DNA of 64,000 bases from Iphione sp. A-MEVVRFRX5. Its lineage: Eukaryota. Location: the NCBI GenBank assembly GCA_976226885.1, contig OZ320317.1:38688001-38752000 (forward strand). The letters run 5' to 3'. Every line of letters starts with the position of its first letter. Positions within the stretch are counted from its first letter, which is position 1. The notes under the pieces were generated by a model that was not told where the DNA came from, did no database searches, and saw only the letters and a program-made list of their open reading frames with translations. The translations under genes were made by a program, and so were the position numbers. This document shows, piece by piece, positions 31,079 through 45,090 of the stretch.

Positions 31079-31084
31079 GTGGAG
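31079..31084. repeat. Right 6-bp target-site duplication GTGGAG
   Basis: GTGGAG immediately follows the terminal ACTACT. Confidence 0.95.
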
Positions 31085-34000
31085 TGACTAGGTAATAAAA
31101 TAAATCATAGACCTAGGCCTTTTTTTGCTTGGGATGAACTATGACCACAGCACAGCGAATTAATGCGAACTCGCCCACTCTTATGGGAGAAATCCTGCGT
31201 GTGGCACTGGACGACTTTCGCAAAATGATATTAATAGGTAGCGTAAATAATACATAAATAATGTACAAATTTGTTTTTCCTACGATATAGATGCATTTTG
31301 ATCCAACTATCTAAATAAAAGTAGGGTTCCTGGAAAATGTGTTTTCGTTTTTTAACCTTTAGCTGTACGTTATGTTTAGCATTTCAACAGTTCAGTTGTT
31401 CTATATGTGGAAATTCCATTAACAGCAGATCAACTGTCATCATGAACGGGATGTGATCGAAAACATCACCTGCATGGAAAATGTAAAACAACTATTTCAC
31501 CAAGATAAACCTTTTCTCATTGTTATGTGGCCTTTTGGCTTGGCTTCCTGATACAGTTAGCCGGGAGTGAAACGGTAAACATATATGGAACTCCCACGTC
31601 GCAGGAATGGGTATTGCCAGGGTAATGCGGTGGCGATAAGGAAAAGTTTATGTTTAGGGTCGGCACCCAGAGGACCTAGTTCAAAGTAACTGAGGTAGAG
31701 TGTGAGAAGAGGTCCAGTTAGGGCCGAATTCCCGCTCGCTCCAACCTGAGGGGTATTGATCGACACAGTCCATGACTATTGACAAATCATGTTCTCTAAC
31801 GAAGGGAACAAGACCATCTTCCTGGCAGCAAGTATACCTCGTTTCCTCTTCCTTCCCAGAGGATATTACACGCTGCCAACTGTGGGGTGTACACACGAGG
31901 TGGAGTGATCCACAGCCGCTCGCCCCAACACATAAAAAGCGGATTTCCAAAGCATCCATCTGGAACGCACCCGCGCGGCAAACGAAAGGGCACACCATAA
32001 AATGCAGCCGGAGCAGACGACATTCGAGCGGAGCTGGTGGCAGTGATAAATCTATTGGTAGGAAAAATAAATTTATTGCCGCCCCCGTAATCTAGTGATT
32101 GGTGGTCCGTTCTTGGACTAACCTGGTAACCTGTCGAAAGGATATGGTCCAAAGTAGATTTCCTTTGCACTTTCCCCGGAGAACCTATTTCTCCAAGCCG
32201 CCCAATTCCACCGTGTTGTTCGCTTTAGTGCTGAGAATGTCCACCAACAGGCCACAAAACAACAGTGTCTTACACACAGTACGAACGTACGGTCAGATTA
32301 TGCAAACGGCAAGAATATAGCTTACATTCAGGGTCCTCGTGCACCAACAAATCTGACTGATGCTTTGTTTCCCTCTTGTATATCGAATTATCCTTCATCT
32401 TCAGACATTTCAAACTGCCTTTTGCCATCATCTTCTCTGTTTTTTCTGTTATTATGATGACCTAAACAGGACCCATGTTTTACAGGTAGTGATAATGCTG
32501 GCGCTTATGAAAACAAGGTGTTTCTAATCGAAACCTCACGGAAGAATTAGTACCTGACAGCGATGCGATTCCTCAAGATGTAATTGAACAAACGTCCCTT
32601 GCTTGCCTAATAAAACACGTGCACTCATTCATATTAATTCCTCCATTTGTCATGCGAAACGTTTTATGTACTTATCTGTAATAAATTGCAAGGTTTGCGA
32701 TGTTGTTTCACTGGAATGACATCACTTTTGTTACTTCCTTTCGTTAAAACTATATGCGCATATTCCAGCCAATTCGTTTCAAAACAAACGTTTCTGTTCG
32801 TCTACTTTTCCTAACTCCTAACGTGAAGAAGAACTCCCTTACAGTAATTCCTGCAACTTTCTTTGCAGTTTACCTTCTTTCAGTGTGGTCCATTCTAAAG
32901 GCGTGGTAGCTTCCCTCATTTGTTTGCCTCCGTTGTGGTTTTTGCTGTGCACATCGACACATACTGATGCAAATATGCTATCAGTGCAGTGCGATCGATC
33001 ACTACCTGCTGTCAACGCTGTCAGGGGGTGGGCAATAGGCCATGTTGAATAGGTTAAAAAACTACTCTCAATACGACGGGCCGGGCGTCACATATGTGAA
33101 ATAAGGCCAGGATGAAAAGACCGTCGGCAATCATTTCGCCTTCTCATGCTTTTTCATCTGTATCCATTATTCTTCCTTCCTTCTCTCTCTGTTTCCTTTT
33201 CCCACGTTCCTTTCGTCTGCCTCTTCCCGTCCATTTCTCTTCATTATCCGTTTAGAGTGCAATGCTTAGTCTTAGGATCGGAAATGTTTTAAGCTATCGC
33301 TCTGCTTCCAAATTTGCCAGCTGCTCCTTCTTCAAAATACATGCAGCGGTTTTCAATTTGACACATCACAACAAAGATGGCACTGCGACGCCGAAAACCT
33401 CAGTAGTACACAGGCCCTAAAACCGGGAGATAATAAAGTACAATGTACCATTACCTGTCGGATCTGAACATATCGTAATGGTGTTCTGCTACCGTATGTA
33501 ATACCCATCGTTGGCCGGATGAAATGCACGAGGAGGAACGCATAAGTCGAGCGTCCATTTGGTCTCTATTAGATCCACTAACCAGTCGAGTGTTGAAGTA
33601 CTTTATCTGATGTGGTAGACTAGAAACTGTCTGATGGGACCACTAGAATCGATCGGTTTTCTTAGTTTTTAATGTCCTGACTGACCGCAGAGAAATCCAT
33701 CATCGCACTTATAGTACTTAACAAGGTACACGGATATCAGTCAATTTGTTATTCGCAATCAATAGTAAACATTTCGTGTCAAATGAAGCCCGCTACCATA
33801 TAACCATACCGGACTGACGCCATGATACACCTTCAGCAACGTTTCTCACGGTCAGAAAAAAATGTTTCCTCACTATAGCAGTTCACTCTGCTCCGATCAT
33901 TTTTCATATTTTCCAGTTCTGATTTTCGCTTATTTGAAGCTCTGCTTGGGTAGTCAATGATTATCATTCCCTGCTTAAATCTCTAAAATCGTCTCGGGGA

Positions 34001-34834
34001 TAGGCTGTTGGCTGACTGACTCACTGATGAAGCAGACACGTGCTCTGACAGATGCTGGAGGAGCAACTCGGTGAGCTAATCAATTGTTGGACACTGGAGA
34101 AGATTTGGCAGTCCGTTTACATGGAATAACGACAGCTTAACAGGCGATGAAATTGATTTTTTGACATACAGTGAATTTCTACGGAGGATGACTGCCATCT
34201 GCGCCAACTTTAGAATTTCACAAATAATGCCCATTCGTTGAGCAATTAAGACCATTGACGTTGCATATCAATAATTGTCATTGCTAATTTGTTGAAAGGT
34301 ACAACTGCTTCGTCACTGCCCTGTTCAAAAGATGAATAAAGAACAGGATATCGCAATTCAAATATATATAACAGTTGAACCTCTGGATAAAGCCCGGTTT
34401 CCATGTGTCCGGATCTTTCCCTGCACTCCTTGTACATGTCCCCATGCAATTATTGTACACTGACAATCAACAGGGATGTACGTAGTCTCAGGTCCGGAGT
34501 CCAGGTCCGGATGGGTCTTTAGAGCGAAAAGAAGATAAGTTAAGATATGATAACTTTTATTTGCATCTTCGGAAAATACAGTCGGAGATCTCCCAGCAAA
34601 ACTGGTAGCAAGACATATAATGAGAAAGACAGAAAAAAAAATGAAAGAAGACGGGAATATTTACAGGCAATAATGACCCTCCATTCGGACAGTTTCACTC
34701 AAACATGGTACATTTCTTGAGGGCATCTAGCAAGAAGCAGATTGTATGTAGCAGATTATTTTTGAAGCAGGAAGAACACTGTCTAACAAAATATGCTAGT
34801 TTATGTTAAATTATTTCTAATTTGCATAGAACAG

Positions 34835-34970
34835 TTTACACAGATTTGACAGGAATTCAATGTGATATGCACAAAAACCACACAATTTATCCGGATTTGG
34901 CAGGAATTCAATGAGACCTGCACAAAAACCTTGCAATTTACACAGATTTGGCAGGAATTTACACGAAAAC
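34835..34970. repeat. 51-bp minisatellite, ~2.6 copies
   Basis: Units tttacacagattt(g)(a/g)caggaattcaatg..gcacaaaaacc... start at 34835, 34886 and 34937. Confidence 0.85.
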
Positions 34971-36923
34971 ACACTTCTACTCCCTGCCTGCTCCCCACCC
35001 ACTCCCCCAGCTCTCCCCATCCCAAGAACAAGAGCTGCGACCCACCCATTACACATGGAAACTGCGTGTGTATAAGGTCTGAAAGGGTGTGGAACATCAT
35101 ATTCTCTGGACGCTCTTGTATATGAAAAAACCAAACACATGGAAACCAGACCTAATCCCTATGTTTTGCAGCGTGCTAGAGTTTCCAACATACAACTGTC
35201 ATTTTGGTTTGCTCGACAAGTATGCAGATCTTCATCAAACAAAACTATCACAATCACTTTGAATATTCAAGGGATAAAAGCTGCCACACATTTACTTTTC
35301 AGATACTCAGTCTAGTCCCAAAGTGTATCAAAAATATTTCAGAGATACAATGTACTTGATATCGAAAGAAAACACAGAAAAGTAAACACAAAGTTCGGTT
35401 TCTGCCAGTATGAGGTTTGTAATGACGGAACGGTAACGGTTGAAGAGGACAGCAATCTCCTGATACAACTGTCTTGTGTCGATAACATAGATCACAATCA
35501 GCAATGGAGAATAAACATACCATTTTTCATCAACCTAAATATGAACCAGGAGGCTTTGGTAATTAGCACTAGATTGAATATTATTACTATGAAAAATCTC
35601 TGGAGTTTGCTGTGTGACTGCACGGGTCCACTAGGTTTGAGAACGGCGCATACACAGAAGTCAATACTACTTGTAATGTGCAGTTCGCTGAGCTGGATCG
35701 CGTGCCAACATTATAAATTAATACTTCATACTTGTCCAAAGGTGGTCAATCCTACCGGGTATTGCTCGCAATTGAGTGTTTGAGTTACCCCATATTTCAG
35801 GTTATATTGACACGTTGTTGAGTACAAGCAGTTCGACGTGTAGCATGCAGCCCAAAAGGGTGAGAAATTTGCTTAACGTTCCCATGCCCTTTAATTTGCC
35901 GTGTCTATTTCTGGTATATGATTGACTCATGCTTTGAATGAATTCGTAATAAAATCACTGTTTCTGACATATTAATCATACACCCCTGCGGATGCTCTCT
36001 GCTTTTAACAAAACGTTGCACTACGTATGGCGTCTATATTTCTCTCTCTCTCGTCCTGTGGTTTATTGGGGTTTGGGGTCAACAATTGGCATGGAACGAA
36101 TGCAGTTCATCACTTATTGATGATTTCGACTTTTCACATGTAATTCTGTGCAGTTTATCGGCGGGGCTCTGTTGCCATTCAGCGAAAAGCTCATCATTTG
36201 TCATTCTTCCAATACCAATCAATTGTAGAATTCGGTAATCCCGACCTCATCCAGGCAAGCTCTTCGGTCCGCCGTATCATATTTAGGGGATTGTGTGCAG
36301 CACAAAAAATGGACAAAATGAAGCTGAGACGTTTGCATGACGTCAGTGCATAGATGTATATTACCTCCCTGGAAATAGAGCTTATTATGCCGGCGGGAGT
36401 AGACATGACGTCAGGCCGTGATGCGGCCCGGGGTATGTCTACAGACAGCAGATCAATACGCCGCCCTGCGTGACGTCCGCTCTGACGCCCTCTGGTAGTG
36501 GAGTAAAACACTGCACCTCGTTATATCGGGTTGGCACGCCTGATGTTTAGACGAGTCGATGGATTTGCTTAGAATGCCGATTAAACGGCCCTTGTATTAA
36601 ACCAGAAATTATGACAAACGCATACTGGCATACAAGCATAATCATTTGCGGCATATAAGCCAATATGGCATGTTTCAAACAGATTTTGTCGATAGCTCAA
36701 ATTTTTGTTAAACAACCTATGGATGACTTTCCGTTATTGAGTCTATGACCTTGGAAAGGGAAAATGATAAATCATTTGACATGGCATCCTTAACCTATAA
36801 AATCATACAGCGGCGTCTTACTTTGCATCTTCGAACGTCATAAATTGCAGACGTCATAAATTACTCTTGAATTAGGCGAACTTAGCGAGTCGAACAATAC
36901 ACAGGTTAAATTTAGTGTTTTAA

Positions 36924-37259
36924 GGCCAAACAAGTATGTGTGTTTCTGGTTACCCACCCCTATCTGGTGAAACCTTACCCTACCTAAAAAATGTTTGGCC
37001 CAAAAGAGTTTCCAAGGCTGACTTTCCTTAGATACATGTTTTCACAGCACATGTTTTGGTAAATTCAGTAGAAAAACAACAAAACTGATGGAAATTCAGC
37101 AAAAAACCTGTAAAACTCATGCAAATTGATTAAAGTTCTTCATATTATCTTTATTATTGAAAACCAGAGAAAGGAAGTAGAAAAAAATTTGATGTACCCT
37201 CTCTCCCTACCTAGGTTTCTGGCTGGTCATAACCAGAAACACATCTATCTTTTTTGGCC
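36924..37259. mobile_element. PIF/Harbinger (Tourist-like) MITE
   Basis: TAA TSD at 36921-36923 and 37260-37262. TIRs are GGCCAAACAAGTATGTGTGTTTCTGGTTA and the reverse complement GGCCAAAAAAGATAGATGTGTTTCTGGTTA. Confidence 0.75.
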
Positions 37260-40200
37260 TAAGGTTTTTGTGGTAGCAGGGTTTTACTTTGCACTCAAGA
37301 AAGAGCTCTCTTTACCTGAAAAGCCTATATGCGGGCCTATATGTAGCATATTTTACTCGATATCATCATTAAATTTCAGAAAGCATAAACTTAAGTAAGG
37401 AAAGCTATTGTAATGTAATGGGAGAGGGGGTACGTGATCTAAACGGTTTCAAAAAACAGAGTATCTAAATTATTGAATTGGGTAATGTGTTGCTAGTAAT
37501 TTCATAAATTTGCATCGCAAAATCGTGTACTTTCACTAACAGTCAGCATCAACAGATAATATTCCTTCCGTTGTGATTGATAGGATGATAATAAAGTGCC
37601 ACCCCCAACCCCACCCCCTTTTCCACCTTTTACGGATTAAACGACTGGCCTATAACAGTTAGTCCAATAAAACAATGTATTTTATTAATAATGCCTCTGA
37701 ATAAATGACTTCTACGCTGTAACAGCTAGAGACCCTCCAAACTATGGAGGGTTTTGCAGAGCAAACAGGGCATCTAAAGTTATGTTTCAACGTAGCGAAC
37801 CGTAGAACGTTGCGTCAGAGAGATCGAGTCCAACTCATCTCAGCAAATTACATCACTAAGGCCTTTGATCCCTTTTTCCTGTTAGGGAAAGCTGATAACT
37901 CTGGTCGGCCTTGTCGACAGTCCCCTGCCACAACTATCTATCGACTCCTTGGCCCACTGCCTTATCAAAAATTAAATTGACAAGAAGGAAAAGAAAGTCT
38001 CCCAATCGGAGGAAATATTCCTATCGACATCACGTTTTCATGACTGTGAAGTTGGTGTCTAGGTAGTGCTGTATTGATGGGTCCTGACAGCATGCCATGT
38101 GTCGAATAAGGGTAACAGGATGGACTTTGAAAAGAAACACGCCACTTAATTATTTCTTCATTTATAGTCAGTATTTTAAGTAACCTAGAATACAACATGA
38201 CGTTTGCAGGGTTTAGAGACTGGATGCAGGCTAGGTTGAATGACTTTACGCTTCTCTGGGTGGTTCTGTGTGCTTTCCTCCAAAACCAACTTAACCCAAT
38301 TGGGGACAACGGTGAATCTACATACAATGTACAGCAGGCCCTCATGAATGTCACCACCCAACGAAAAGGACAACATTTGGAACAAGATACAATTACCTGG
38401 TCCTAAAGTTATGTAATACATGTACATCTAAAAGGCATATTTCAAGTAGGAGGACAGAAAAGGTCCCACCGTTGGTAGCTCCTCGACAAATTCATTACAA
38501 AAAACATTAAATCTTGATTTTCAGGATACCGCTTTTTACCCTGGCATCGTTTTCAACTATTTTTTCGCCTTTTTTCCCACTACGGCCTCTTGTTCCCGCT
38601 GTGAGTACCTCTTGCACGACTCACACTCTACTATTTATTACTGTTGTAGGTTTCTCTCCCCGACGCCAGTGTGACTTGATTATGTAGGACAGGTGACCCT
38701 AATGTGATTTACAGGTCAAGCGCCACCCTCCAGGCTCTTGAAGTCATACCTAGGGAATTGCATCAATCAAGACTCCTTTTTTGTTGTGTCTGTTTACCCC
38801 TAATTAAGTCAGGCGATACATGCATACATGGCTTTGAAATCATTTCTTAAAGCCAATGTAGACAAATATCAACAGTGTGTTCAAACGGATCAGCTCTAAT
38901 ATTTTAATAAGTTCTCAAATTCTCAGTTTTAAAGTGCATGCGAGTGACACAGTCATGTCGCCGTTGTTGACTGCTTTTATAATCAGCACCACGAGTTGAT
39001 ATCTCCAAGCCTAAAAAAACGTTGGTTTTAAATAGAAACTGTCACTGCCTATTTTACGTGGTATCAAAGCCATTGGGTTTTTCCTCTGTTAAGCAAACTG
39101 ACGTACTTAAACACGGAGCAGTACGAAACACGAAGCCCCCCGAGGGAGGATCACTAATTGCTAATGCCAGATTGAAGTTACGCAAAAACAAGTGCAGTGT
39201 GTCCAGATGCATGAATGAAACGGCACCGAAGGAAGCGAGAGTACATACTCCCCATACAGATGATTCCTGAGCTGTCATGGACAGAGAATAGATCAATTAT
39301 CATATACCGGTATGTGTCTAGGGTGACCATTGCAGTAACATAAGGAAATAGAAACAACGAAAGGTGAGTTTTCTTTGGATCGGGGGGGGGTTACCCTAAA
39401 TTGGACGCCCACATTATTTTTTCTGATCAACTTTGCCCCGGCCAGGAGAACCTCCTCGACCTACTGTTGAATATTATCAAATGAACAGTTATCGAGGGAT
39501 TGTGGATTTAGACTTTACCAACCAGATTAATATACACTATAGCAGAAATGCGACTCTCAAATTCGCCCACAAATCAGCGCTACTGATATAAACCATGGCA
39601 CATTTTGTCAGCGGATACCCTGGTAGCTATCAACTCGCTACCATGTCTCTACTATCCCACATAGGAGAAGTACATGTACAAGCGTAGCTGAATGGCAGGA
39701 GGGCTTGCACATAGTGACCGGCCTTGACATAGGGACACACAGTTCAGCCGTTAAGAGACTCTATTATCGCTCCCAATCAAGGGTTCTGCTGAGGTGAAGC
39801 CACCCTGCAGGCGAGCCGCACTAAATCTGCCCAGTGAGAGGCACTGCAAGGACGGGGGGGGAGGGGGACTGACAGACTGAGGGCTTCCCCAGCCACCAAA
39901 GGGTTTGGTGGCCAGGGCGCTGGTCCATTTGTTTTATAAACACCGTCTTGGGGCAGTAATGCTGGCGATAAATTAGAGCGCTGCGGAAACATTAGCGTCA
40001 CGTCGGTACTTGTGTTGAGTCGATTCAGCTGCGCAGGCATGGCGGCATCGCCACAGGAGCTGTCCTTCCCTCACAGTGACCGTCCGTCACTGACGACGGC
40101 ATGCTGGCTGCTGCGAAAGGTGTTGTCCTGAGAGCTGAATCGTTTTATTGGGTGAGGAAAACTCATCCCAGGGGTTGCAACGGATTCTACACAGTCTACG

Positions 40201-43140
40201 CAATACAGTCGGATCTCACTAACATGGACAGCAGAGTACATGTAACTCGGATAGTAATGTAGGGGGTTATAGTGTCTGTCCTAGTAATGGACAGCATTGG
40301 GGATATTGGTGTCTGTCCTGACAACGGATAGCAGTGCTGATGATGCTGTCTGTCCTGGTTATGGATGGTATTGGCCATGATGGTCTTTTTCTTGAATAAA
40401 TGTGGGGTGATCGTGTCTATTATTGGAAAAACTGTCTGTGCCTTTCATAGTAAAGGATAGTGGGGTTGAAAGTAGTGTCTTTTCTTGTGGTGGATAGGGC
40501 CGTGATTTGGTGTCAGAAATGGTGATAAATAGTGGAGGCGATGCAGATGTCTAACATACTCATGATGAGTCTTGATACGTATCATCTTTCTGGAGGGTAA
40601 CGTGGTTGGAATGTTGGATTGTTGTGGCTACTCCTTTAGTGATGAGACCTTATTATGATGTTTTGGCGTATCATGGCGGACCTGCTATTGGTGAATGGAT
40701 TTGATTACTAAGTACTGTGGTTCTAAGCGATAGTATATATATATACATATATGTGGTGTTGGTGATCATTAACATCAATGCGTTGAGATTAAAGATTAGT
40801 AGTAGTCTTCAAGGTGATGTTTCCTATGATGTTAGTGGCCTACAAGCCGCCATTGTTGTGGAGTTGCTGTGCCTCTTTTTTCGATGTATCATGGTGGAGG
40901 GACCGCAAGGCTGTCCAGCTGGATGACGGTGCTGCGACGAACGCGGTGGTGCTAAGAGGTGGTGTCTCGATCTGTTGATGCCGGTGGGTGCTGAGTGGCG
41001 GTGGTGGTAACTGCCCGAAATAGAAGGGTGCGCTGGTTGGTCGGCTCATGTCGTGACTGTAGTAGTGTCGGACGCATGGGGGGATATGTTGGCGCTCCCA
41101 TGAGCAGCTCGCCTTTCTATTTTCGGACGCCGACTCCATTCCCGAATTATTCTCCAATATGCTGCTTTACGCCAGATCCCAGCGCGGAAGGGTAGGGTGG
41201 AGGTCTGATCTATCGGGTGTCCGCTCAGTCACCATCGAGGAGAGGACCACTCCTCTCCACGGCTCACACTTCACTCTGTCCGTTCAACAGGGTCTCCGTG
41301 GCCACTCCAGCTCAGCCGTCCAGGCGCTCCCTGCTACCAACCTTTCAACCCTTCAGCTGCGTCCATTTATGAACTGCCCAGCTCGTCGGTATAGCGCCAC
41401 GCCATGCGCCAGCGTCACATATACGACCTTCGGCCTTGTCAAGCAAATATTTAAATGCAGTAGCTGGCCTCCCAAATATTATGGAACTGTCAAATCATTG
41501 AACTATTGAATAGCTAAGCAACAGGGAGGGTTACACCTCGTTATTTAGCCTGCCTCTCGATTTTAGAGTTGAAGTGCAGTGAGTAGCTTATTGTCATTTT
41601 TATTTCAGTGTAGCTTCCTACGTCCTATACGCGTTTCTTTCCTTTTCCAAAATTCCTTTATGCTTGCTGTTTAAATAAACTGACTAACCCTTCCTAAATA
41701 TTGAAGCACAAGAGTTATACCTGCTCAATTTGGTCATGACATCAGAATAGAATAGGTTGCCTATTCTGCTGCAAGGCAGATTTTCCACGTTTGCATATCC
41801 ACACATTTAGATATGTAGCCATAATGTGTTTTTTACAGCGGAGTGTGTAAAACTTTTCAATGTATACATTTAAAACATAACAGACAGAACAATCCCTTGG
41901 GGTCAGGTTGATAACTGATGGTGGTTGAAATCAGCGTGTCGTGCATCCCAGCTACCTCTCTGTATATGGTAAAACCCAGTGACAATGGATTGAAGTTATG
42001 CTAATGAATCCATATACACGTTATGCCCATACACATGGGTAGGTACTAGTACATTCTGAAGTCCTGGTTTGTCAAACACATCTCACGTATGTATCTGAAT
42101 CTGTGAATATAATACATGGAAAACCTGTTTTGGAACATTGCTTGCATCAAATACTACAGGAAATGCTTCTGAATCAAGTTTGAAGTGGGCACATATTTTT
42201 GCGGCAATATACATACAAGAAACAACACTTCCATTCACTTTGCATTGGTCAAACCATCCGATAAATTCATCAGAGACACATCATTTTAATAAGGGGAGTG
42301 AACTCTTACATATTTTCAGGTTACAATGGTTAATGACCAAAGGCATCTCTCAGAGCCAAGGTCATGATTTCTTGTGTTCACGATTATCTTGTAAATATTA
42401 TGTAGCAACACTAAAATATATTCTAACCTAAACAGGCCATGCCTAGATCCGGAAGTTCCTTATCAATGGTCTCGCCAATTACATATATGCCCCCTTGTTT
42501 ATGCCACCATATACAATGCAGTGTCGACAGCTACGGATCGTTGCATGTAACAAACGAAGATTCTACCATCATTAACATACCGTATTCTTTAGCAGTTATA
42601 TTTATACACTGTAAGAACGTGTTAATTTTTGCCTTAAGGTAAATTAGTCTATAACACCACGGTGTTACATGGTAACCATCACACTTGTGAAGTTGCATAC
42701 TTTAGTTGATAACACAGATTCAAGAAAAAACCATGTAAATATATTACATGTATATGTTCACATCTGTGAGCAAGATTGTATCTATATTCCATTATGTCCT
42801 ATTACAAGCTGAGGCGAACGAAGCAGCGATTCATCGACCCTCGGCTTATGAATACACAATCTCTCTCCGCTGAGGAACGCTATCATTCATGTCCGCTCTG
42901 AATCGTACCGGGTAGTTCAGGGGGTGTACAGACATACATATATGTGATAGATACATGTACATGTATAGGGTGGGGTACGGGAGATCCGCCAGACCTGTTG
43001 GTCTCTACCTGCCTCCTACCGTTGAATGATTAAACAAATTACGCGCTCATTTCCTGCGAAAATAAGGTGACAGCAAGGAGAAAAAACATTTGCCCTTAAT
43101 TATACAATATATTCGGTTGCGTGTCTTTCTCCTTAACTCC

Positions 43141-43141
<1 letters not shown>

Positions 43142-43220
<79 letters not shown>
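43142..43220. repeat. (CT)n microsatellite
   Basis: Directly visible. Confidence 0.97.
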
Positions 43221-43225
<5 letters not shown>

Positions 43226-44337
43226 TATCTGCTTTTCTGTCCGTCAGTTTTTCTCCGTCTGGCCATATTTGTTTCCCTGGCGCTCTTTGTCATTATTTAC
43301 CAAAGGGCATGTCGAGAAACGCGGAAAGACTAACGCATGACTAGTTGTATTTGGCACACGCGTGTCTAAGCCAGAAGTGTGAACCACTGAAATATAGCGC
43401 TGGTCTACGTGCCAGGGCGACAGAGACTTGATTTGAGGCCGGCGGACAGCGTGAATCCCTGTTCTGACCGACTCCCCCTGATTGCACGGTGTGCAGACCA
43501 CAATGGAATGGGTGGCAGTTCACACTTCAGGCTTGACCCACAGCTCTTCAACACTGCCACGAAACTCCCCGCCATAGGCTTCAGTGCCCTCAGATGGCCG
43601 GAGCAACCACTTCTATGGAGGTATTAACATCAGCAAAGGCTGGTACGGATTATCGGGTTTAGCGCTTAGGGTCCATGGCCCTCGGCCTTCGGCAGGCGCA
43701 GCCTTGGGAAAGGGAGGGCGGGAGGAGGTGGGGCCACCGATGACGTCAGCAGCAAGAGCGGCCGATCTACACTGGTACCGCTCCCACGGCTACTACAACG
43801 CACACACAGGAACACACACAGAGAGAAACAAACACAACACATACCTCTGCATACAAACATTCACGACACACACACAAACACACACACACTCTCTCTCACT
43901 CTCTCTCAAAAGACATACACACAGGATACAGCTCTTCCCACAGTCGGGCAATGCTGATCTTTTAAAGCGCCGTCAACAGAAGCCTTTAGGAGCTTTTAAA
44001 CCACCCCTGCCGACCTTTTCTCTCTATGTTCCTATCATCCCCCCAAGTACATTATTCTATGTATTTGTACCATGGACGCCTACATTATGTGTGTCCATGT
44101 GTGTTGGTATTTTCATTGCTGCATTGCGTGGGGTAGTTTCTCAGGGGACTCGAACCCACACAGGTCAGTTCTGGCTGTCCACCTGGCTGTCCAGCACTCT
44201 TATCCATTCGGCCACTGAGTCCTCACTACATACAGACATAGAGAGAGAAGCTAAACAAAGGTTAGGCCACCATTCTTTCATTCATTGCAGGCTTACAGAT
44301 GAATGCTTGTTAGAATTTTGATACTTTCTTTAATTAA

Positions 44338-44622
44338 TGTGGGGGGAGACTCCCCACACCCCTCTTTCTTTCCAATATTTTCATAAATGAAATGCATCTT
44401 CAGCATGACCTCCAGAAAAATGTGCCACTTTTTCATAAATGCAGTGCATCTTTAGCCGAACCTCCAGTAGTATTTGCCACTTTTCATAAATAAAATGCAA
44501 CTCTTATACTACCTCCAGAAATATATGCCACTTTTTCATAAATCAAATGCATCTTTAGCATAGCCTCCAGAAATATTTCTTTTTTCCTTTCTTTGTTGTG
44601 GGGGGAGACCCCCCACACCCCC
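44338..44622. repeat. Four ~52-bp tandem units bracketed by a ~25-bp direct repeat
   Basis: Units ttttcataaat..aatgcatct.....cctccag.......gccac start at ~44378, 44430, 44481 and 44533. The flanks are tgtggggggagac(t/c)ccccacaccc at 44338 and 44597. Confidence 0.85.
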
Positions 44623-44985
44623 CTTTCTCTTCTTTTTCTAATTTCTTCCTTTTTTCACTATTATAACAGTCTTTCTTGCATTACAGATAGGAAGACATTA
44701 TATTTTGGTGCCTTCCCATAATGTACAGTTTGGCTGTCACAGCTTCTTAACCGGGAATGGGGGGTGTTGAAAAGAGGAGGGTGTCTTTGTGGGGAGCACC
44801 TGAAACATTCCTCGACCGTTCTGCACTACTCCAAACAGCCGGCCAGGTCAATCATCTTGATTGGCACTTCAAACCTTGTTCACTTTTCCTATAGGCATGA
44901 AATCCACCTCGTCTATCGACTCGGTGGACCAAACCCTCTTGACGTAATCGACAAATCGTTCAGTTGTGAATAGGGGTTGGTTTAA

Positions 44986-45090
44986 ATTAGTTAAAATCCT
45001 CGGACGGCTCACACTCTATAATGGACTCAGTGGCTGTCGCCACCTCGTCCATTATATCGTGTAATCGCCGATCCTCGGACTTTAACTAAT
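44986..45090. repeat. 105-bp imperfect palindrome (probable fold-back MITE)
   Basis: attagttaaa...tataatggac pairs with gtccattata...tttaactaat, and there is an inner gtggc-tgtc-gccac hairpin. Confidence 0.7.

Noticed and set aside
31560-32300. Possible decayed non-LTR RT fragment right of the Polinton
   Set aside because: There are only vague motif echoes across frames, with no clear QGxxLS or YADD.
43716-43748. GC box plus a perfect CRE (TGACGTCA) as a host promoter
   Set aside because: There is no supportable downstream gene, and such motifs occur by chance in 64 kb.
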